A stretch of 64,000 nt of DNA from Myxococcales bacterium (lineage in GTDB: Bacteria; Myxococcota_A; UBA9042; JABWCM01; BTVJ01): the NCBI GenBank assembly GCA_045863395.1, contig BTVJ01000004.1, positions 96,001 through 160,000 on the forward strand. The letters run 5' to 3'. A program made the position numbers and the translations under genes. The notes under the pieces are model-generated. The model worked only from the letters and a program-made list of their open reading frames with translations. It had not been told where the DNA came from and did not search any database. Below, in pieces: positions 57,118-64,000 of the stretch. The number at the start of each line of letters is the position of its first letter. Position 1 is the first letter of the stretch.

Positions 57118-57133
57118 TGCATGTTTCGGGCCA
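57118..57133 (-). promoter_or_regulatory. Candidate sigma54 promoter of the pilin gene
   Basis: Minus strand TGGCCCGAAACATGCA (GG-N10-GC), about 35 nt upstream of the ATG. Sigma54 control of pilA is established in Myxococcus and Pseudomonas. Confidence 0.6.
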
Positions 57134-57343
57134 CGGGGAGACGACCACGCCGCTGCGAGGCGCAGCGCCGCCTGGGCCCCGCGGCCTCGCGGTCAGCTTC
57201 GCTTCCTGGTGTCCCTGGGTGACGCTCTGCGTCACTTCCTCCGCAAGGATTGCGTATCCGCCGCCTCCCCAGGGTCATTGACCGGCCGGCTCGGGCGGGC
57301 GCACAATGCGCGCCGGTGAGGTCCATCGAGGAGGTCTGCCACC

Positions 57344-59824
57344 ATGTGCTCACGACTCGTGCGCTCCCTGCTGCCGTTCATCGCGCTGCTCGCCCTGACG
57401 GCGACGGCCACTGCCAAGCCCGACCTGGTGGTCACGGGCATCGTGCTCGACCCGGCGTCCCCGAAGTACGGTGACGGCAAGCTCACGGCGACCATCAAGA
57501 ACCAGGGCCCGGACGGCACCGGCCTCTTCGTGAACATCAACATCATCATGTACTTGGACGGCAAGCAGTGTGACACCGGGCTGATCGTCGGGGGCCTCGG
57601 CGCGGGCAAGACGGCCAACGAGGACTCCACGAGCTGCAACCCGACGACCCCGGGGCCGCACAAGATCACGTTCGTCGTCGACACGGACAAGGACGTGGAC
57701 GAGTCCAACGAGTCCAACAACAGCCTGGACAAGACCTTCACGTGGAGCGGTCCCGATCTGGTGATCACCGGCATCACCCTGGACCCGGCCTCCCCCAAGT
57801 TCGGTGAGGGCAAGCTCCAGGCGACCATCAAGAACCAGGGGCCCTACGGGACGGACACGTTCCTGAATATCGACGTCGACATGTACCTCGACGGCAAGAA
57901 GTGCGACACGGGGCTGGTCATCGCCGGCCTGGGCGCCGGAAAGACCGCCACCGAGGACTCCACGAGCTGCAACCCCGCGACGCCGGGTCCCCACACGGTC
58001 AAGTTCGTGGTGGACAGCACCGGGGAGGTTCCAGAGACCGACGAGACGAACAACACGTTCGAGAAGACCTTCACCTGGACCGCGCCGGATCTGGTCGTGA
58101 CGGACATCGTGGTCGACAACCTCAAGCCCAAGCCGGGCCAGAACGTCAAGTGGACGGCGACCTTCAAGAACCAGGGCACGGTGGGCACGGGCCAGGTGGT
58201 GCTCAACCTGACCTACCACCTGGACGGCGCCGCGGAGCCCTGCGACGACGGGTGGCTGATGTTCGGCCTCGGGGCCGGCTCGACGGCGACGGACGACTCT
58301 ACGAAGTGCACCCCGAAGACCCCCGGCGTCCACACCATGACGGTGAAGATCGACACCGACAAGGACGTGGTCGAGACCGACGAGGGCAACAACGAGCTGA
58401 CCAAGAGCTTCGACTTCGCCATCTGCGGCGACTTCGAGCTGTGCAACGGCATCGACGACAACTGCGACGGGCAGACCGACGAGGGCTTCGGCACGATGGG
58501 CGATGCGTGTGACGGCGACGACCTGGACAAGTGCAAGGACGGCGTCCTGTCCTGCGCGGCCGACGGGAAGTCCACGGTCTGCTCGGACGACCTCGAGAGC
58601 AACTCGGAGCTGTGCAACGACAAGGACGACGACTGCGACGGGCAGACCGACGAGGGCTTCCCGGGCCTGGGCGAGACGTGCGAGGTGACCGGGTGCGCCA
58701 CGCCGGGCATCCGCAAGTGCAAGCCCGACGGGTCCGGGGTCTTCTGCGAGAAGGGCACGTCGCTGCCCGAGAGCTGCAACGGCAAGGACGACGACTGCGA
58801 CGGCCAGACCGACGAGGGATACTCCATCGTCGGGACGCCTTGCGCCGTGGGTGTGGGCGCCTGCCGCCGTACCGGCGTCCACATCTGCGCGGGCGGAGGC
58901 GTCGAGTGCGACGCCACGCCGGGAGCACCGGCCGCCGAGGAGGCATGCGGCGACGGCCTCGACGACGACTGCGACGGCCTGGCCGACGAGGGCTGCTCAT
59001 GCGAGCCCGGCACGTTCATCCCCTGCGGGTCCGACGTGGGCACGTGCAAGTCCGGGAGCCTGCCGTGCACCGCGTCGGGGACCTACTCCAAGGCGTGCCT
59101 GAACGCCGTCGGGCCCAAGAGCGAGAGCTGCAACGGGCTCGATGACGACTGCAACGGGAGCATCGACGAGGAGTGCCCGTGCAGCGAGGGCGAGACGCAG
59201 GCGTGCGATCAGGGGGCGGGCGCGTGCGCCAGCGGGACCCAGCGGTGCATCGACGGTGCGTGGGGCCCCTGCGAGCTGCCCTCGCTGGCCATGGACACCA
59301 CGTGTGACGGGGTGGACGACGACTGCGACGGAGTGACGGACCCGCTGTGCGGCTGCATCCCGGGCGACGGGGTGGCCTGCGACGTTGCGCCCGACGACTG
59401 CGCCGACTACGAGCGCACCTGCGGTAACGACGGCGCGTGGGGGCCCTGCGAGGCCATCCCGGGCACCGAGGTCTTCGGGTGCAACCCGGTCGGTGGCGGC
59501 GGTGGCGGTGGCGGTGGCGGTGGCGGTGGCGGCGGCGGCGGTGGCGGTGGCGGTGGCGGCGGTGGCGGCGGTGGCTGGGCGGACGCCGGCCCGGTCGGAT
59601 CGGACGCTGGGCAGGACCCGGGCGGCCCGGGAGGCGACGACGACGCCTACCTCGGCAGCGGCGGAGGCGGCTTCGTCCCGCCGGACGCGGTGGAAGGCAC
59701 GAGCGGAGCCGCGGGGACTGCGGGGGACGGCGGCTGCAGCCACCGGGGCGGCCCGGGCGCTCCGACCCTGCTCGCGCTGGCGCTGATCGCCCTCGCACTC
59801 ACGGCCCGACGTCGAAGCGCCTGA
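57344..59824 (+). CDS. Surface protein: 3 CARDB domains, Cys-rich CNGxDDDCDG repeats, poly-Gly linker, MYXO-CTERM-like anchor
   Basis: PDLVVT...TIKNQG...VxESNExNN three times, ELCNGIDDNCDGQTDE repeats, tail GGCS...LLALALIALALTARRR. Confidence 0.88.
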   Translation: MCSRLVRSLLPFIALLALTATATAKPDLVVTGIVLDPASPKYGDGKLTATIKNQGPDGTGLFVNINIIMYLDGKQCDTGLIVGGLGAGKTANEDSTSCNPTTPGPHKITFVVDTDKDVDESNESNNSLDKTFTWSGPDLVITGITLDPASPKFGEGKLQATIKNQGPYGTDTFLNIDVDMYLDGKKCDTGLVIAGLGAGKTATEDSTSCNPATPGPHTVKFVVDSTGEVPETDETNNTFEKTFTWTAPDLVVTDIVVDNLKPKPGQNVKWTATFKNQGTVGTGQVVLNLTYHLDGAAEPCDDGWLMFGLGAGSTATDDSTKCTPKTPGVHTMTVKIDTDKDVVETDEGNNELTKSFDFAICGDFELCNGIDDNCDGQTDEGFGTMGDACDGDDLDKCKDGVLSCAADGKSTVCSDDLESNSELCNDKDDDCDGQTDEGFPGLGETCEVTGCATPGIRKCKPDGSGVFCEKGTSLPESCNGKDDDCDGQTDEGYSIVGTPCAVGVGACRRTGVHICAGGGVECDATPGAPAAEEACGDGLDDDCDGLADEGCSCEPGTFIPCGSDVGTCKSGSLPCTASGTYSKACLNAVGPKSESCNGLDDDCNGSIDEECPCSEGETQACDQGAGACASGTQRCIDGAWGPCELPSLAMDTTCDGVDDDCDGVTDPLCGCIPGDGVACDVAPDDCADYERTCGNDGAWGPCEAIPGTEVFGCNPVGGGGGGGGGGGGGGGGGGGGGGGGGGGGWADAGPVGSDAGQDPGGPGGDDDAYLGSGGGGFVPPDAVEGTSGAAGTAGDGGCSHRGGPGAPTLLALALIALALTARRRSA
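59492..59575 (+). repeat. (GGY)28 trinucleotide repeat encoding poly-Gly
   Basis: 84 bp of GGT/GGC codons. Confidence 0.95.
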
Positions 59825-59920
59825 CCGCCCAACGACTTCGGCACTTTTGTGTTGCCACGGACCCTCCCCCTCCCTACCATCGCTCCCGACTCGACACCAA
59901 CCCGCCAGGAGGGACCTGTC

Positions 59921-61330
59921 ATGATGCGCCTCGTAGGCACCAGCCTCGCCGTCGCCCTGGTGATGGGCCTGGCGGCCGTGGCAAACGCCGCTCCCCTGAC
60001 GTTCACCAAGTCCGACCTGCAAGCCAGCCTGTCCGGCAAGTCCATCAAGGCCAAGAAGGCGCTCTCTGCCAACGTCGAGGTGCAGATCGAGAGCCCGACG
60101 TCTGCCCTGCTCCGCGTCACGAACACGAGCCCCGCCGGCGGGGGTGAGGCGAGGCTCCGGCGCTTCGGCTTCCAGCTCAAGGACGGTCCCCAGGCCAAGT
60201 GCCTCTCCTTGGAGGCACCCGGCACCGGCTTCAAGCTCAAGAAGGTGGCCCGCCCCTTCTGCTTCTGGGCCTCCTGGGGCATGACGTGCTGGGACGACAC
60301 CAAGGAGCCGAAGAAGGTCCCCTGGAAGCAGGCGTGGAAGGAGTCGTTGTTCTCGTACAACGTCCACGTGAAGTCTCCAGTCAAGAAGCACGGCATCGCG
60401 GAGGGCGCGTCGGCGCTCGTGCGCATCAAGGTGGCGCCCTCCTGTGCCGGGTCCTTCAAGTTCACGAAGGACTCGTTCCTGCTCGCCCCCCACGCGAAGT
60501 CCGTGGGGCAGAGCGGCAACTGGGCGGCCAAGTTCAAGATCTTCAACGGAAAGAAGAAGGACCGGGGCTGCGCCGTCGGCGTCGCGGGCGTGCCGGCGCC
60601 ACCTCCCCCGCCTCCGCCCCCCGCCTGCGACCCGGAGTTCACCTGGGGAGACCTCGTCGCCACGACGGCGGATCTGACGGGCCAGGCGAGCGCATTCCTC
60701 CCCGTCGACACGCGGGCCGGCAGCGCCCAGGTCATGGTCAACGGCGGTGTCGGGTTCGGGGGACCTTGGACTGACGCGCCATACGAGGCAATCACGGCGA
60801 CCTTGCGCAACGGAGCGGGCGTCATCGTGGAGCAGCTCCAGGCAAACCGCCGCTGGCCGCCTCCGCTGGACGCAGACGGGTGCAATCCGACGCGCGACTA
60901 TCCCGAGTGCTGGAGCTGGTGGGACGCAGCGGTGGACGGTCTGCTGGCCCTCGCGCTCCCCACCTGGAGCGACGGCTCCAACGCTGGGTTCGACGACGGC
61001 CCCCTCCGCCCGACCGTGACGGCCCAGATCCTGAGCGAGGACGTGGGCGAGCCGGACGACAACGCCCACCAGACCGTGGTGGTGCAGTGGCACGCGCCGC
61101 TGGGGCTCGAGAACGCCCAGCTCCTGCTCCGCGCCAGGTACGATGCGTCCCTCGACGGCAGCTTCAACGACGAGCCCTTCGTCACGCTGCTGTCACTCAA
61201 CATCGGCGCCGAGGACGTGTTCTCGCCGGACCTGCTCGTGGAGATCAGCGAGGACCTGACCACCCTGACGGCGACGTTCAGCGTGCAAGCGGGCCTCGAG
61301 GCGGTCTGCCGGGACTACGAGGGCCTCTGA
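59921..61330 (+). CDS. Secreted two-domain hypothetical protein (basic N-domain, poly-Pro hinge, acidic C-domain)
   Basis: AGGAGG RBS, signal peptide (ANA), PAPPPPPPPPA hinge. Confidence 0.65.
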   Translation: MMRLVGTSLAVALVMGLAAVANAAPLTFTKSDLQASLSGKSIKAKKALSANVEVQIESPTSALLRVTNTSPAGGGEARLRRFGFQLKDGPQAKCLSLEAPGTGFKLKKVARPFCFWASWGMTCWDDTKEPKKVPWKQAWKESLFSYNVHVKSPVKKHGIAEGASALVRIKVAPSCAGSFKFTKDSFLLAPHAKSVGQSGNWAAKFKIFNGKKKDRGCAVGVAGVPAPPPPPPPPACDPEFTWGDLVATTADLTGQASAFLPVDTRAGSAQVMVNGGVGFGGPWTDAPYEAITATLRNGAGVIVEQLQANRRWPPPLDADGCNPTRDYPECWSWWDAAVDGLLALALPTWSDGSNAGFDDGPLRPTVTAQILSEDVGEPDDNAHQTVVVQWHAPLGLENAQLLLRARYDASLDGSFNDEPFVTLLSLNIGAEDVFSPDLLVEISEDLTTLTATFSVQAGLEAVCRDYEGL

Positions 61331-61362
61331 GCCGAGCGCCACCTCCGCACCCGCCCGTTCCC

Positions 61363-62169
61363 CTACTTCCCCAGAACACGCCCCCGCAGGTACTCGGCGG
61401 CCGTCTCGTCCAGCAGCCCGCACTTGCGGATGGCCGTGTAGCTGACCCGCACCTCGGCCTTGGCGCCCATGCGGGACGGGAGCGCGCCCTGGGCGTGGGA
61501 CAGCACGCAGGAGGCGGCAGCGGTGACGGCCCCGATGCGCGTGAAGGGCACGGCGTGGAAGGTGATTCGCACCGCGCAGCCTCCCGTGGCGCAGCCGGTG
61601 GCCTGGTGCGTGACCCGGTCGGCCGCCGACGCCCCGTAGCAGCCGTCCGTGCAGGGGGCGACCGCCATCGTCCCGGGCCAGTCGGGGACGTAGGCGCAGG
61701 TGGCCTCGCCCTCGGCGCACAGGGCGCCGCTGAGGGTCCCGAGGCCCGGGACGCTCGCCGTGGAGCCCTCCTCGATGACCGGCTCCACGTCCGCCTCCGA
61801 CAGATCGATGAAGCTCGTTCCCTGCGCCGTGGCCTCGTCGACGAGGAGCAGGTCGACCACGTCCCCCGACGGGCCGTCCGCGAGGGTCTGACCCTGCTGC
61901 AGTGCCCGCACGGCGGCGCGGAACAGGAGGGCGTCGGCGGGCGCGAGGGCGCGGACCTCGTCGAACACGGCCGCGGCCTCCTCCTGGTCCGACACCTGGA
62001 TGAGGTAGCGCCAGGCGAGCTCGTCGAGGGCGGCGACGGGCTGGGTGTGCGCAGCGGTCGGCTCCACGCCCGCGGCGGCCAGGAGCTTGTTGCTGTCGAG
62101 GGTCAGCTCCCCGCAGGCAGCGAGCGCCGAGAGTGAGAGGGCAGAGGCGAGCAGCGCGTGGTGTCTCAT
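61363..62169 (-). CDS. Hypothetical lipoprotein with a Cys-containing C-terminal domain
   Basis: AGGAG RBS, lipobox LAAC. Confidence 0.65.
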   Translation of the reverse strand: MRHHALLASALSLSALAACGELTLDSNKLLAAAGVEPTAAHTQPVAALDELAWRYLIQVSDQEEAAAVFDEVRALAPADALLFRAAVRALQQGQTLADGPSGDVVDLLLVDEATAQGTSFIDLSEADVEPVIEEGSTASVPGLGTLSGALCAEGEATCAYVPDWPGTMAVAPCTDGCYGASAADRVTHQATGCATGGCAVRITFHAVPFTRIGAVTAAASCVLSHAQGALPSRMGAKAEVRVSYTAIRKCGLLDETAAEYLRGRVLGK

Positions 62170-62238
62170 GGGCTCCTGCCGTTGTGTGGGAACGGGGCGG
62201 TCAACCAGACCATCCGTTGTCCCTGACGGCAGGGTTGA

Positions 62239-63042
62239 TCACTTCTTTCTGAGGCGATCCAAAGCGTCTCTGGCGTAGACGCGCACGTCCTCGTGCTCGT
62301 GGCCTTCCAGGCGGCGCAGCGCGTCGCCTGCCTTCGGGTCGCCGACGCGGCCCAGCGCGTAGGCGATGGCTCCGAGCACCGGGGGCTCCTTCTCGCTTGC
62401 GGCGGCCCGCAGGAGCCCGTCGACGCACGAGGGGTCCGCCAGCTCGCCCAATGCGGTGGCCGCGCGCACCCGCACGGGGACGTTCAGATCCTGCTCCACG
62501 CGCTCCACGAGCGGGCCCGTGGCGCGGCGATCTCCGACCGAGCCCAGCGCCTCGGCCGCGTAGCCGCGCACCTCGTCGTCCTTGTCGCGGAGCGCAGCCA
62601 CCAGGGGCTCCACGCTCGCCGGGTCGCGCACGCGGCCGAGCGCGACCACCGCCGCAAAGCGGACGTTCAGGTCCACGTCGGAGAGGGCCTTCAGGAGCGC
62701 CGGCGTCGCCTCGCGGGAGCCCGCCGCGCCGAGCGCGAAGGCTGCGGCGGCGCGCACGCGGACCTTCGGGTCGCCCAAGAGCCCGGCGACGCGCTCCCGC
62801 GCCGCATCGACCGGCACCTCGCTCAGGACGCCGAGGGCCCAGAAGCGCGTCAGCTCATCGGGTGCGTCGAGGGCGGCGGAGAGCCCCGGCCAGACCCCCG
62901 GGCCCAGCGCGATGAGGGCGCGGGCGGCCTCGCAGGTCTCCAGGCTCTCGCAGGACGCGAGGCCGCGGATCAGCGTGGCGGTGTCGGGAGGGTCGGCGAG
63001 GGCGGGGGTGGCCAGCAGGAGCACGAGCAGCGCGGTCTTCAT
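62239..63042 (-). CDS. HEAT/PBS-lyase repeat protein with a signal peptide
   Basis: MKTALLVLLLATPALA, then repeated L.D....VRxxAAxALG units. Confidence 0.85.
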   Translation of the reverse strand: MKTALLVLLLATPALADPPDTATLIRGLASCESLETCEAARALIALGPGVWPGLSAALDAPDELTRFWALGVLSEVPVDAARERVAGLLGDPKVRVRAAAAFALGAAGSREATPALLKALSDVDLNVRFAAVVALGRVRDPASVEPLVAALRDKDDEVRGYAAEALGSVGDRRATGPLVERVEQDLNVPVRVRAATALGELADPSCVDGLLRAAASEKEPPVLGAIAYALGRVGDPKAGDALRRLEGHEHEDVRVYARDALDRLRKK

Positions 63043-63190
63043 GGCCGCCAGCATGGCACAGGGGCGCGCCGTTGGCCAGGGTCCCGGAGTGCAGTGTTGG
63101 AGGGGCGCCTGCCCGCTACTGCGGACCCGATGGTCAGAACTGGCGTCGGGACGCCGTCGGCGGTATTCACACGGGAGCGAGGTGGCGCCC

Positions 63191-64000
63191 ATGTGGACCG
63201 CGGTCCTGGACGAGCTGCACGAGAGCATGACCTTCTGGGTCGCGGGCGCCCTCCTGCTCACCGCCCTCGTGGTGCTGCGGCTCGCCCCCGCGGACCGCAA
63301 GCGCCTGCGGACCATGGCAGCCCTGCTCGGGCTGCACCTGGTGCTCGCCCTCACGGCAGCGGGACTCCGGGAGGTCGGAGCGAGAGCCTACACGACGGTC
63401 CACGCCATCTCGGTGCTCACGCTGGTGGCTGCGGCCGTCGGGATGGGGGTGACGCTCGTCTTCTCGGCGCTGCTGCCGCGCCTCGGGCTTCGGCTGCCGC
63501 GCATCATCCAGGACCTGACCGGCGCAGTGGGGATGATCGTCGCGACGGTGGCCCTGGCGTCGGCGGCGGGCGTGAACCTGTCGGGGCTCATCGCCACGTC
63601 AGCGGTCCTGACGGCGGTGATCGGCCTCGCGTTCCAGGACACCCTCGGCAACGTCATGGGGGGCCTGGTGCTCCAGACCGAGGGGACGCTGCGGGTGGGC
63701 GACTGGATCCGCTTCGACGACGTGGTGGGGCGCATCGTGGACGTGCGGTGGCGGTACACGGCCATCGAGACGCGCAACTGGGAGACCCTGGTCATCCCCA
63801 ACGGCACCCTCGTCAAGAACAAGGTCATGGTGCTCGGGCGGCGCACGGGGATGCCCACGCTGTGGCGCCGCTGGGTGTGGTTCAACGTGGACTTCCGGTT
63901 CCCGCCCCAGGAGGTCATCGACGCGGTCAACGCGGCGCTGGTCGCGGCCCCCATCCCCCGGGTGGCCACGGAGCCGGCGCCCCACGCGCTGTGCATGGAC
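63191..64000 (+). CDS. Small-conductance mechanosensitive channel (MscS family), 3' truncated by the window edge
   Basis: Translated by hand from ATG 63191: ATSAVLTAVIGLAFQDTLGNVMGG...LRVGDWI...DVRWRYTAIETRN..TLVIPN. It is absent from the ORF track because there is no stop codon in the window. Confidence 0.9.
   Translation, partial: MWTAVLDELHESMTFWVAGALLLTALVVLRLAPADRKRLRTMAALLGLHLVLALTAAGLREVGARAYTTVHAISVLTLVAAAVGMGVTLVFSALLPRLGLRLPRIIQDLTGAVGMIVATVALASAAGVNLSGLIATSAVLTAVIGLAFQDTLGNVMGGLVLQTEGTLRVGDWIRFDDVVGRIVDVRWRYTAIETRNWETLVIPNGTLVKNKVMVLGRRTGMPTLWRRWVWFNVDFRFPPQEVIDAVNAALVAAPIPRVATEPAPHALCMD

Noticed and set aside
59838..59857. GGCAC...TTGC upstream of the 59921 gene as a sigma54 promoter
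   Set aside because: The spacing is GG-N12-GC rather than the required N10.

Overview
High-GC bacterial window of about 40 protein-coding genes. It is most likely from a Myxococcota-type (deltaproteobacterial) genome, inferred from MYXO-CTERM-like tails, many Cys-rich lipoproteins with DAG-rich linkers, and a type IVa pilin with a sigma54-type promoter. I found no rRNA, tRNA, CRISPR array, transposase or integrase. Main content, in order: (1) a PTS-EIIA/PII-like gene with two cation:proton antiporters; (2) three dispersed paralogous secreted proteins with a shared fibre-like N-terminus and different lectin-like tips (4.3, 8.9 and 23.2 kb); (3) a candidate trans-envelope electron conduit at 13.9-22.9 kb, made of a membrane-anchored ferredoxin/FAD-NAD(P) oxidoreductase, three multiheme cytochromes (23, 13 and 26 CxxCH motifs, 62 in total, hand-counted), a probable outer-membrane beta-barrel and a 4-His cytochrome-b-like membrane protein; (4) an RND efflux pump; (5) a 2179-aa Ig-repeat lipoprotein; (6) an operon at 38.4-46.1 kb, lower in GC at its 5' end, whose first gene is put out of frame from its best start codon by a compound (AC)11(TC)9 microsatellite, followed by a secreted metzincin-like protease, a Kelch lipoprotein and a Cys-rich anchored protein, a candidate phase-variable surface protease system; (7) assorted envelope and housekeeping genes, including a lipoprotein with a defensin-like tail, a eukaryote-like phosphoglycolate phosphatase, an orphan pilin, and TSP3 and CARDB surface proteins. 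All family assignments come from reading motifs by eye, with no database searches.
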